Notes: a model not told the origin generated them from the sequence alone. A DNA stretch of 63,986 nt, filler included, from Neolecta irregularis DAH-3 (GCA_001929475.1; 17 parts of 17 records of this genome joined end to end with filler, not necessarily neighbours in it), one strand, 5' to 3'. Shown: positions 1-10,685, numbered from the whole stretch's first letter. Program-made: numbers and translations.

Positions 1-348
1 TGGACTTGTTCGATATGGTGCTCGGCTTGAGGAACTGCATCATTGCGAGGTCATACTGGAGGCCTGCTTTGTCACAGTCACCTGCGATCTTGACTGCGAG
101 TCTGTATCCTGCCCATTTTTGTCTTGAAGTACCATAAAGTTGATTTTGTCGCATGAGGGGTTTTGAAGGTGGAGTCGACATTGCTTCAAGATCTCACTTG
201 GAGTAAATGGGACGTCTTCCATGATCAGTAGGTCGCGATGGATGTTGAATATATTGGGAAAGTGAGTTAGAGAGGAAGTGGATGCGAACTTGGTTGAGGT
301 CGTGCGAAAAGAGGGCTGCATGCGTCGGCATGTGACTGGAATCGCAAG

Positions 349-885
349 TCCCGCCCGACTTTCCAGTCCCGCCTGCCTTTCCAGTCCCGCCTGCCTTTCC
401 CGTCCCGCCTGACTTTCCCGTCCCACCAATCCCTCCTTCCTCTCCTGTCTCCCGTCCTGCCCGTGTCTACTCTCCTATTCCGCCCGTACCTCCTCTCCCG
501 TCCCGCGCGTTCCGTCCCTCCTTGCCCCTCCCGCCTCGCCCGTCCCGCTCATCCCTCCTCCCTCACCCGTCCCGACCGTCCCGCCCGACTCACCCGTCTC
601 GCCAGTCCTGCCCGACTCGCCCGTCTCGCACACCCGTCCGACTCACCCGCCCATCTCTCCCATCTCACCCGCCCGCCTCACGCTCCAGTCTCGCCCGCCC
701 GTTGGCCCATTGCGTCCCTCACCCCTCCTGCCTGCCTGCCTGCCTGCCTGGCCCGCCCCTGCCGCCTTCCTCGCCTCTCTCACCTTCCTTGCCCATCCCA
801 CCTGCCATCCCTCGCCTCTCCTGCTTGCCTGACTCCCCTGCCCCTGCTGCCTTCCCTCGTCCTGCCCGTCCTGCCCGTCCTGCTC
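349..885. repeat. Pyrimidine-rich low-complexity repeat (CCCGTC/CTCGCC/CCTGC units)
   Basis: Degenerate tandem units such as CCAGTCCCGCCTGCCTTT and GTCCTGCCC. Related tracts at 3085-3160, 31530-31640 and, on the opposite strand, 42115-42350. Confidence 0.85.
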
Positions 886-891
886 GGGGGG

Positions 892-1103
892 TGTAAGAGT
901 GTACCCTTCAGCTACACCTTACCAATACGGCAAGAGGCGTGGAATCATATTGCGGCCTTTATGGCCGGATATAAACTTNNNNNNNNNNAATACCTAGCCT
1001 GAGATACAACACTTAGACTAGGTATGTTCCCTTAGGAGATACAACACTTAGGCTAGTACTATAAACCTGGTCTGATTTGTACTCCGGAGTATCAAAGCTT
1101 ACA
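892..1103 (-). mobile_element. LTR-like element, TGTAAG...CTTACA family (internal 10-N gap)
   Basis: TG..CA termini with a 6-bp inverted repeat; terminal hairpin TGTAAG-N20-CTTACCA; first ~83 nt nearly identical to 14705-14787; PPT-like GTGGGGGTTC abuts the end on the minus strand (1104-1113). Confidence 0.65.
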
Positions 1104-1328
1104 GAACCCCCACAGACTAGCTGACTAAAAGGGGCCATGTTATGATTTCCCCGCCACAGGCACTAGTTTCGTTACCCTGGTAGTTTCCTAAAGTACTTCC
1201 ATCAAGCAGGATTTTTCGTGCCATACTGTCTTATCATATTTTGATTGGTCTGCAGTTTTCTATTTAATCAATGCCCCGCGGTATTCATATCATCTCTCCT
1301 ATACCGAACATCTCAATTCACATTCGCA

Positions 1329-1729
1329 ATGAAGTTTCTCGGTCTTCTGTCCATATCACTCTATCCGCTGCTGATAAACACAGCTACTTTAAGCTAAATG
1401 TTGACGACAAGAATTGCGTGGATGTTGCCAACAACATATTATCATATAGAAGTAACACGAATCCTTGTCATGCTTTCTACATCTCCCGTTACCACGATTT
1501 GCACCTCAGTAACAAGGGCGCTGCGAATGATGATTTTTTCGCGGTTTGGATGGGTAGCAATTACGAATTCATTACCGATGACGCCAAGTCCGTCGATCAT
1601 TTCAGTATTCAGAATAACGAAATGGGATTTGTTACCCAAAGTGGCTCAGTGTTCAAGTTTCATGCGTGTGGTAAAGACAATATAATTCAACAGAATGCAC
1701 CTCCTTCCCCTAACATCATCATCTCTTAG
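1329..1729 (+). pseudogene. Secreted-protein family copy 1, frameshifted and 3'-truncated
   Basis: ATG 1329 matches the starts of copies 2 and 3 (MKFLGLL). A 13-nt deletion between CTGT microhomologies shifts the frame in the signal peptide, and the terminal C..TLxVQWI motif is missing. Confidence 0.75.
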
Positions 1730-1864
1730 TAAATATGGCGAATATGAACTTTAATACGACAGGATGATTTGACTGTTTCTTCCCTCACTCAGTCACCAAT
1801 CTCGACATTGCTATTAAACCCTATTTTGTAAGTAAATTCCTTTCAACAGCTGATTTCACTTTGA

Positions 1865-2311
1865 CTAAATCCATTGAACTGAAAGCGTTATGTTTATACA
1901 ACTCATAGGGGCGTCATAGGGAATTCCATACCGTTGAATTATGTTGTTTGGATCACAAAAATGAAACAGATACTCTAGGTAATTTGGGATAACAAATCCC
2001 ATTTGATTACTCTGAATACCGAAATAATCGACGGACTTGGCATCATTGGTGATGAAAACGTATGCCTGCTGCTTAGGATTCCAAACCGCTACATAATCAT
2101 CATTCGTAACGCCCTGGTTACTGAGGTGCAAATTGTGGTAATGGTCGATGTAGAAAGTTGAACCTGCATCCGTGCTAAGCTTCAAAATATTGTTGTCAAC
2201 AAGCACGAAATTTTGCGAGTTAATATTTAGCTTAAAGTAGCTGTGCGTATCGGCAGCGGATAGAGTGATATGGGACAGGAAGTAGTATAACAGAAGACCG
2301 AGAAACGTCAT
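1865..2311 (-). CDS. Small secreted protein, family copy 2 (148 aa; possible PIR/PhiA-like C-terminal fold)
   Basis: Signal peptide MTFLGLLLYYFLSHITLSA; intronless; FHFC...Y...C..I.L.V motif; paralog of 4809-5291. Confidence 0.8.
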   Translation of the reverse strand: MTFLGLLLYYFLSHITLSAADTHSYFKLNINSQNFVLVDNNILKLSTDAGSTFYIDHYHNLHLSNQGVTNDDYVAVWNPKQQAYVFITNDAKSVDYFGIQSNQMGFVIPNYLEYLFHFCDPNNIIQRYGIPYDAPMSCINITLSVQWI

Positions 2312-2506
2312 TGCGAATGTGAATTGAGATGTTCGGTATAGGAGAGATGATATGGATATCGCGGGGCATTTGATTTGATTAAATAGAAAACTGCTGAGCA
2401 ATCAAAATACGATAAAACAGTATGGCACGAAAAATCCTGCTTGATGGAAGTACTTGAGGAAATTACCGGAGCAAAGAAACAAGTGCCTGTGGCAGGGAAA
2501 TCATAA

Positions 2507-2753
2507 TGTAAGTGATATACACTCGCGTAAATCCTTACCAAAGACGGAAATTATAGGGCGGCTGATGAGGCTTGATGTAAATAGTAAATAGTGCCAGGAA
2601 TGGGGAAATACTTAGTACGTCTACTTAGTCTAAGTATGTTCCCCCCAGCGAAGAACATCTACTTAGGCTAGGTATGCTCCCCTCAGTGAAGTACGTCTAT
2701 TTAGGCTAGTTATAACACTTGGTATTATCATACACCTAAGCGTATAGCTTACA
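2507..2753 (-). mobile_element. LTR-like element, TGTAAG...CTTACA family
   Basis: TGTAAG at 2507 and CTTACA ending at 2753; terminal hairpin; internal CTTAG(G/T)CTA(A/G)GTATG(C/T)TCCC repeats shared with 892-1103. Confidence 0.65.
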
Positions 2754-2836
2754 TTCTTTTATGATCAATCAAGAGTTTCTGTTACAGAAACAGTTATAAG
2801 TTGAAATTCCTGAAATTTCAACAAGAGCAAGCAAGG

Positions 2837-2872
2837 TGTGAGGATATACACTCGAGTATATCCTTACCAAAG
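2837..2872 (-). mobile_element. Truncated end of the same LTR family (hairpin only)
   Basis: TGTGAGGATATACACTCGAGTATATCCTTACCAAAG is a second copy of 2507-2543, with a perfect 9-bp stem; it is cut off by the following repeat. Confidence 0.6.
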
Positions 2873-3018
2873 CAGTATTGTCGATGGGCCATGGGCAGTG
2901 TTGGGGACAGGCCATGGGCTTAGCCCGGCTCATGAATAAGCCCGCGGGCTTAGCCCATGGGCTTTAAGCCTAAACAATGGGCCAAGAAAAAAGCCCGGCC
3001 AATCGGCCCATCGACCGA
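2873..3018. mobile_element. hAT-like DNA transposon terminal remnant
   Basis: CAGT(A/G)TTG start and clustered GGGCC/CCATGGG/AGCCC subterminal motifs; similar end CCCATGGG..CAACACTG at ~45583-45606. Confidence 0.45.
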
Positions 3019-4095
3019 AATAGGCTTTTTCACGTGATATTAGATAATACTATTTAGTGCAGCTTTTCCCCGGTATCATCCCTAGCCGCCTTCCTACTCG
3101 CCTTGCCCGCCTCACGAGCCAGTCTCGCCAGCCTATCCCATCGCTCGCGCCTCTCTAACCCTAACTTGCGAATAGCCTTGAGCATGTTTATGTTTTGCGA
3201 AAGTATCAAGAATTTTAATACGCCCTTGTAGAAAATATATATAAAGCCACTCTCTCAATCTGGTGAGATTTTCGGATTGTAGTACACATACATCGGCAAT
3301 CGGCTTGCGCCATAGGGGCGAAGAAATATAGAAGATCAATACTCATTAACCTGAAAATACATTGAATTACAATATTGTCTTTTGAATTACATTTGTGGCC
3401 TTTACGTGTGACGCTCGTTAGCTTTGAGTAATGATATCAAGCATAGAGCCTGGGAAATAACTTTTCAGCACTATAGGGCCACGACTATCAAGGTCGCGTT
3501 CGGCTTGAAAGTTGACATCGTTCTGACGAACCTTGTAAACCCATGATAATACGAATGTTTACACATTATTCTGTTCTTTTAGAGCCTGCATGTGTCAGGC
3601 CTCTCAGGTGTTCCTCTCGCTTAGTTATTTTCCTATTACCTTTGTAATTTTATGTTCTTTTAGGATCGTGTGTGTCCTGCACAGCTTACTCCCCTTGCTC
3701 CTGACAAAAAACGTGGGAAAATGCTAGTAGCATCAATATGATAATTCGTAACAGGACCTCTGAAATTTGAGTCTCTGTATCACGCAACATCTGAGGATAA
3801 CTAGTGAAACAAGATGAGCAGAACAGTCCCAAAATCGCTACGATTGAAGCGATATTGACGAAAACAATAAAATCGATACCGTGCTAACCCTAACCCTAAC
3901 CAAAACTGAAGGCTAAGCAGGCGTTTGAAGTGAAAACATCAGACCAAATTCCTTCAACTCATCTCCAGCACTTCAAATCTGCGATTTCAAATCCGACAAT
4001 GGACTACCATAACGAGCTCGCCGAGACTATTTCAACGGCACCAAAATCGCGACGATTGAAGCATGATTGACAAGAGACATAAAATCGATCATAGT

Positions 4096-4142
4096 CTCTA
4101 AAATTGAAGGCTCTATGAATCATAGAGCCTTCAATTTTAGAG
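4096..4142. repeat. Perfect 47-bp palindrome (23-bp arms, 1-nt loop)
   Basis: CTCTAAAATTGAAGGCTCTATGA-A-TCATAGAGCCTTCAATTTTAGAG. Confidence 0.95.
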
Positions 4143-4808
4143 TTCCCGGGTCGAAAAGAAGGGAACACATAGAGAGACAAGACAGACAGAACTGAAAAAT
4201 ATCGCTTCAACAGGACTGAAACTGACCAATAAACGGGCATTCAAAGGATAAAACACATGACGAAAATTTTCCAACTTATCTTCAGAACCTCAGATTCGCC
4301 ATATTCTGCAAATCAGACGCTGAAGATAGACATTGAAAGCACGGGAGCTGGGCGGTAGATATACAGTCGCGATTAGGGAAGGCCGCGGGCCGTGGGCAGG
4401 GAGCCAACCACCATCACTATTCACAGAAAGCAAAGTGGAATGGGGAATTCTGGTACAATCATTGATTGATTGATGATAATAATAATATATAGGAAAAAAC
4501 GCTACCCCTAGTACCCGCTGAGCACAACATCCTTCTCCAATCAGAAGCAAGCAGATAAAAGAGGAAATTGAGCGGGGGCCAACATAGGAGACAGAATTTG
4601 CAATCCATGTAGATGAGAATAGCAGGTAATGAGGATAGTTAACTTTGATAATAATAGATATTGAGGGGAGACCCTAAGCAGGATCTCTTTAGTAAATATG
4701 GCGAATGTGAACTTTAATATGACAGGGTGACCCTCACTCAGTCATCAATCTCGACATTGCTAGTAGACCTATGTTGTAAGTAAAATCCTTTCAACACCTC
4801 ACCTGATT

Positions 4809-5291
4809 TCACTTTGGAATCCATTGAACTTGAAGGGTAAAGCTTTCACAATCCTTAGGGACAGGGGGAGGAAATGTATACGGTTGTATTGTGCCTCCAC
4901 ACGCATGAAATTGATACAGTGGGCCCGTTTGGTCCACATTATATCCCATTTCATTATTCGAATCAATACCGAAATAATCGGTGGACTTGGTGTCTCTTCT
5001 CTTGAAAACGAAAGTGTCGTCGTCCAGAAAAACCGCGACAAAATCATCTTCGTGATCGCCCGGGTGACTGAGGCGCAAATTGCGGTACCGGTCGATGTAG
5101 AAAGCTCGACATTCACCCGTGGTAAGTACGAAAATACCCCCGGCAACAGTCGCGCAATTGGTTAACTCCCTCTTACTGGTAATGTCATTCTTCTTGGTTA
5201 TGACCTCCTTTAGCTTAAAGTAGCTGTGCGTATCGGCAGCGGATAGAGTGATATGGGACAGGAAGTATAACAGAAGACCGAGAAACTTCAT
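4809..5291 (-). CDS. Small secreted protein, family copy 3 (160 aa)
   Basis: Signal peptide MKFLGLLLYFLSHITLSA; intronless; FYIDxYxNLxLS, DYFGI and FHAC...C..FTLQVQWI motifs shared with copy 2. Confidence 0.8.
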   Translation of the reverse strand: MKFLGLLLYFLSHITLSAADTHSYFKLKEVITKKNDITSKRELTNCATVAGGIFVLTTGECRAFYIDRYRNLRLSHPGDHEDDFVAVFLDDDTFVFKRRDTKSTDYFGIDSNNEMGYNVDQTGPLYQFHACGGTIQPYTFPPPVPKDCESFTLQVQWIPK

Positions 5292-5462
5292 TGCGAATGT
5301 GAATTAAGATGTTCGGTACGGGAGAGATGATATGAATATCGCGGGGCATTTGATTTGATTAAATAGAAAACTGCAGACCAATCAAAATATGATAAGACAG
5401 TATGGCACGAAAAATCCTGCTTGATGGAAGTACTTGAGGAAACTACCAGAGCAAAGAAACAA

Positions 5463-5562
5463 NNNNNNNNNNNNNNNNNNNNNNNNNNNNNNNNNNNNNN
5501 NNNNNNTTAATTAATTAANNNNNNNNNNNNNNNNNNNNNNNNNNNNNNNNNNNNNNNNNNNN
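5463..5562. other. Artificial scaffold linker N-TTAATTAATTAA-N (first of 16)
   Basis: The same ~100-nt six-frame-stop linker recurs at 8177, 10586, 13135, 14788, 17990, 38965, 40073, 42016, 43859, 53806, 55827, 57748, 59142, 60471 and 62294. Confidence 0.97.
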
Positions 5563-6234
5563 CCGAGATATGCGACTGTATTTGCGTAGTCGTTCTTCCG
5601 GATCATGAATATGATTCTTCAAAATAAGTCCGTTGGCAAGCAAACTGTCAAAATCGACTCCTTTTGATGGTTGGCCAAACATCGCAGATTTCCTGCAGCC
5701 GAGTAGAAAAGGCACGTAAAGGCTGTTTGCAAAGTAAGTTTCTGGATTCAGGTCGTATCCTCGTAATAAATGATTTGTCCACTGCTCCTCTGATTTCTTT
5801 CCAATATCGTTAGATAATACTGGTAGCATGTCAAATTTTCGTGGCACACGGAGACTTGAATGTCAGAACTTGCCATTCCGTCATAATTCTTACTCATATA
5901 CAGCGAATATTTTCTTATGTTCACCTTGATGTTCTTGCCAGCTCAAATCTGATGAAGTGGTTACAAATTTCAGACATAATTTACCACCGTTTTCGTCGGT
6001 TAGGATGAATGAATTGCACAAATACTCTGCAAGGATACATTCCTTTGCACATTGGTCTATTGCTTCTTCGTAGCTGCTCTCTATCGGAAGAAAACTGTAA
6101 GAGCTCATTTTCCCACTAAATCGGTAATTTTCTTTAGGATAACGATCTGTTACACCAATGAAATGAACGAGATTTGATTCAGCGAGAATATGAAGCGCAT
6201 AAAGCGCAATCAACCAGAAGACGTTTGGAAACAT
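5563..6234 (-). CDS. Secreted protein with N-terminal PAN/apple-like Cys motif (3' partial, 1 intron)
   Basis: Signal peptide MFPNVFWLIALYALHILA; CAKEC..LCNSF..LC pattern; a 39-nt intron (GTAAGA..CTGAC..AAG, 5855-5893) joins in frame to the DLRVPRKFDM exon. Confidence 0.65.
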
Positions 6235-7307
6235 AATAAAGGGCAAACTGATTGGCCAGTGGGAATGGTAGCAAACAAGTTGAGAAAGTCCGTTGACACC
6301 CAAGATTCTTTTTATGTATTTCCAGAACTGGATTGTTTCATATTTTTTCGAGCGGATTTTCAGAACCCCAACGCCATGATGCGTGTTCTGTAATTTAGGC
6401 TCTATTCAGTTTTACATTCTGTTGTCGGCATTGGTGGTGCTCTTTTGAAATCTTCTTTTCTCGAACTCAAGATGCGACCATGCTCTCAATATCATACTAT
6501 TGAATTCATATTGGGCACTACATCACGAACTATAACATGTGTATCATATCAAGTCATGGACATTAGACAGGACCGGATTCCATACAACAAAATTACCTAA
6601 TCTCTTATTATGCAGCCTCGGATAGTCTCTTAGGGCCTATGTTATTAATAGATATGTACTACATGATCATATGTTTCAGTAATCGCGCTGGGCGCTACCT
6701 AAGTATCTGTCCCTGCGCGCCACTGTCCTGTCATCTGACTGGTCCGTGTGGAACACTATCCACATGGGGGGGTCCAGAGCCTTGGACTGGGAGGGCGCCC
6801 ACAGCTTGTGGCGTCCTCTATGTCTGACCCAGCTGATGCTGTTGTGTGGTGGCGGTGGGACTTGATAGTGCCCACACAGGATGTCGAAACAAGCGATTCT
6901 TTCTCCCCAGGCGAACCTGTGTTATGTGAACGCAACTCAGGTTAGGTATTTTTAATATGCGCACGACTACCAAACTAAGCCGAAATAAACCCCAAATTCA
7001 AATTAGTGTACCTTCAATATCATTCACAGTTTGGAAGAGAAGGTATTTCCTGAAAACTTATAATCATAGAAAAATTCATATCTTCTACATAATGATATCT
7101 TTGGAAATCTTGAAAGGAAACAATTACTAGAAAAAGTAATCCATGAATTTCTTCTTCATGCAGATGATTTGAACATTTACAATCAAGATCCAACGGCCGT
7201 GAACGCAATTCCGAAGAATACGTGAAACAGGTAAATGGACTGGATATTCATGCTTCGTCGTCATACCGGATGCTTTGGAGTGAAAACGGTCAGTTGGTTT
7301 GATCATA

Positions 7308-7505
7308 AACATCATACCTGCCGAGCCGATGCTTTTCGCATAATTGACTTTGGCCTCAAGACTAGTAGGATCATCATAAGCAATGAACTGCTTGGTTAAT
7401 CTGTTCCAAGCGTATGCAGTATCCGAATATTCGTCATAGCCCTGTTGCCATGGGCTTCTTGCTTGATCATATTTTGGACCAGTGAGGATACCATGAGCGA
7501 CAATG
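7308..7505 (-). pseudogene. GH18 chitinase C-terminal fragment
   Basis: YDEYSDTAYAWNRLTKQFIAYDDPTSLEAKVNYAKSIGSAGMMF matches the GH18 SYDDxxSxxxKxxYaxxxGLGGxMxW motif. It is cut before the W and has no catalytic DxxDxDxE region. Confidence 0.75.
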
Positions 7506-7668
7506 GCGTGCTCTTCCATTTGGCCAATGGTGAAGTCTCAATCACCGCCATTTTCAAATCTTGCGTCCCACATTTCGATCCTAAAGTCAACTAGCGGAAA
7601 AATATACTTACGAAGAGTAGCGGCTAAAGATAGACCAGCGGTGGCTCCACCTACAATAACACATCATA
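7506..7668 (-). pseudogene. COQ6-like FAD monooxygenase N-terminal fragment
   Basis: YDV/VIVGGATAGLSLAATL-(intron 7581-7611)-RSKCGTQDLKMAVIETSPLAKWK; Rossmann dinucleotide-binding start with a 1-nt frameshift. Confidence 0.6.
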
Positions 7669-8330
7669 AAACGGTAAAGAACCAGCTGAAATCAACATTT
7701 TGTCGTAGTTCGCCCGATAAAAGGACGATAGAGTCCGCGGGGTTAAAAGCGGTTTTATCACCACGTGGAAATTGATGGGGTTACAAGTTGGTCACCCCCA
7801 TCTCCACGTTTCAACTTAAACCATCAGAAATGTATGATTCGGGATACAGAATCGTGATTCCCAAGTGAACACTGGATTTTCCGCAACGTTTTCTCGATTG
7901 ATTTATACTTGTGTACTCTGTATTCTAATTTCCGCAATTGTCTCATTAAAATCTTCGAAGAGTCTAGTAGATATTTCATTTAATATGCCTTCATTGTTTT
8001 GATAAAATATCAATCCTACGGGTGTCAAGTATTTTTAATTCAAATATATTTTTATTCTAAACAAATTACTAGCAAAAGGAAACACTTTATTCGTCGGTTG
8101 TAATGATAGCATCCATAAAATGTCGTTGCTGGCGGCTTTTGTTAACATAATATTGAAATCTCGTGCTCTCCCCGTANNNNNNNNNNNNNNNNNNNNNNNN
8201 NNNNNNNNNNNNNNNNNNNNTTAATTAATTAANNNNNNNNNNNNNNNNNNNNNNNNNNNNNNNNNNNNNNNNNNNNGACTAACATATGACTGTGTGTGTA
8301 ACCATCACACTGAGCTACACACCTAGCTAG

Positions 8331-10585
8331 TCAATCCTTACAATTCTCTGTTGACAAAAATACTTCATCCCCCTCCTCGAATTCATCATCACATCTGTGT
8401 TTATCCGCCTGTACTTTCTGAGATGCTTGTGCTTTGATTAATGCCTCATGTGCATCTTGAAATATTTTTTCTGTTGCTGATGCGAAGTCTCCAACCAATT
8501 GTACAGGCCCACAATATTTGAATTCTTTTGGTGATCGAGGGATGTAGCCAATGTCTACTTCATATGGCGAGAACCCTAGGGATGCAGAGATTGAGCTGTT
8601 ATATGAATATTCTGCCAGTGCCAATAGTTTTACCCACTCCACTTTCATTCCAATGAACAATTTCAAGTTGTCTTCGACTATCGTATTCATTTGTTCAGAT
8701 AGTCCATCGGTTTGTGGGTGGTACGCTGTGGAAAGTCTTACCTCAGACCCCAGTGTTTTCCACAACTCTTTCCAGAATTGTGAGTCAAACTGGGGTCCTC
8801 TGTCCAAGATTATCGATTTGGGAATTCTGTGGATTGGGTAGTATCTGTCGAACATCATAGTTGCGAGGTCCTTTGCTGAGCATGTCATTGTGGATGGCCA
8901 GAAGTGGCATCTTCTTGTTCCTCTGTCAACAATTGTCACAATAGCATTGAAGCCTCTGTCATACGGCAGTCCAGTAATAAAATCTATGGTAATTTGTGCC
9001 TATCTTGACTCTGGGATATTTAATGGTTTCAAGTCCTTTCTTGTGTCGACTTTGACTTTAGCACAAGTTGTACAGGAGTTACAAAAATCTGTTGCTTGGG
9101 CTGTTAGCCCATTCCAGAAAGATTTCTGGCCAGTGCCCCTATTAATTTTTTCGGTCCTGGATGTCCGCTCTATGGATCATTGTGGTAGGCCTGTAATAGC
9201 TCGACTGTGCAATTCTCTGGTACACAGATTCTTCCGTTCCACATTAGCAATTCATCCTGAATTTCAAATTCTGGCACTGTTATCTTTTTCAATCGCTTCA
9301 TGTAGGTTTCCTTCCATGAGCTTTCTGCCAACGATTTCCTTATGTTTTCAATCCAAGATTCGTCGTCCTCGAGTTCCACTCCTAAACATTCAAACTCTGC
9401 TTTCCTCGATAAAGCATCTGCGACTAAGTTTACTACTTGATCTGTCTGAATCGTGAACCTTGCTCCATGCAACTGAGGTCTGAACTTTTCCAAGGATTTT
9501 TTAATCGCGAACAACTCTTTGTCATGAGTTGTCCAGTTGCATTGGTGAATGTCCAGCTTCTTTGACATGAACATTACTGGGTGTCTCTGCCTGTCCTCCC
9601 CTTCTTGCAATAGTACTGCACCTATTCCTATTGATAATGCATCACATATTAATACCGAGGGTTTATCAGGGTTATGTCGAGCTAAAACTGGTGGGGAAAT
9701 CATTGAATCTTTTAATTTTTTGGACGAAGTCCTCTGGGCTTCATCCCATTGCCAATTTTGTCCTTTGCGCGTGAGTTCCGAAAGTGGTGCAGCAACTGTT
9801 GCAAAGTCCTTTATGAAACACTGGTAGAATCCCACCATTCCGAGGCACATTTGTACCTCCTTGACTGATGTGGGTTCTTTCCAGTCGTGGACTGCCACAA
9901 CTTTGCTATCCTGGGCCTCAATCCCATTTCAGAGATCTTAAATCCGACCCATTCAATTACCTTCCTCTCGAATTCACATTTCTTTAGCTTCGCATAGAGT
10001 TTCCTCTTACGGAGCTGCTGCAGGATTACCTTGACATGTTCTACATGCTTATCTTTTGTTTCCGAGAAGATTAGCATATTATCCATGAAAACGTTACAGC
10101 AGAAGTCTAACCCAGATAGAGCCCTGTTCATCATTTGTATGAACGTTGCTGGTGCATTCGCTAGTCTGAATGACAACACTTGAATTCAAAGTGCCTCAGC
10201 TTGGTCTTAAATTCTGACAGGGGAATCGTATCGGGGTGTAGCCTTTGCTGGAAATATCCAGATGCTAAGTCCAACTTTGAGAACTATGACACATTCCAGA
10301 TTCTGTCCAACAACTCATCAATCCTCGGCAGTGCTGTGTTATTCTTGAGGGTGTTGCTGTTTATGTCTCTGTAATCAATACACATTCGCAACTCCCCAGA
10401 TTTCTTTTTTACGAATAAGCACACTGCTCCATAGGGTGATGAGCTTGGTTGGATGAATCTGCGTTCCATTTGACCCTTGACCTCCTCTCTCATAGCATTT
10501 TCTTCAGTTATTGATAGTCGAGGCAAGGGTTGATTATGGGGTTTTCTCAGTGGATCCACTAGGGTGATCTTGTGATCCTCTTCCC
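8331..10585 (-). mobile_element. Degenerate Ty3/gypsy pol (RT-RNase H-integrase)
   Basis: SSSPYGAVCLFVKKKSGELRMCIDYR, LDLASGYFQ, VFMDN (YxDD), DALSIGIGAVLLQ, NLVADALSR, HHCC zinc finger and STAYHPQTDG; many stops and frameshifts. Confidence 0.95.
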
Positions 10586-10685
10586 NNNNNNNNNNNNNNN
10601 NNNNNNNNNNNNNNNNNNNNNNNNNNNNNTTAATTAATTAANNNNNNNNNNNNNNNNNNNNNNNNNNNNNNNNNNNNNNNNNNNN

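Noticed and set aside
463-1002. Pro/Arg-rich ORFs of 124-179 aa
   Set aside because: They are translations of a stop-poor low-complexity repeat; the same applies to ORFs at 30809-31827 and 42060-42553.
1271-1328. Upstream ATG giving an intact 152-aa copy 1
   Set aside because: This region is 5' UTR in the paralogs. It is in frame only because of the 13-nt deletion and gives no signal peptide.
5507-5518. Regularly recurring TTAATTAATTAA as a biological repeat or CRISPR-like array
   Set aside because: It is always centred in ~100-nt N blocks and is a six-frame stop linker added during contig concatenation.
5890-7519. Zymocin-like killer toxin cluster (chitinase plus small secreted protein)
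   Set aside because: The GH18 piece is a ~65-codon fragment without catalytic, LysM or chitin-binding regions.
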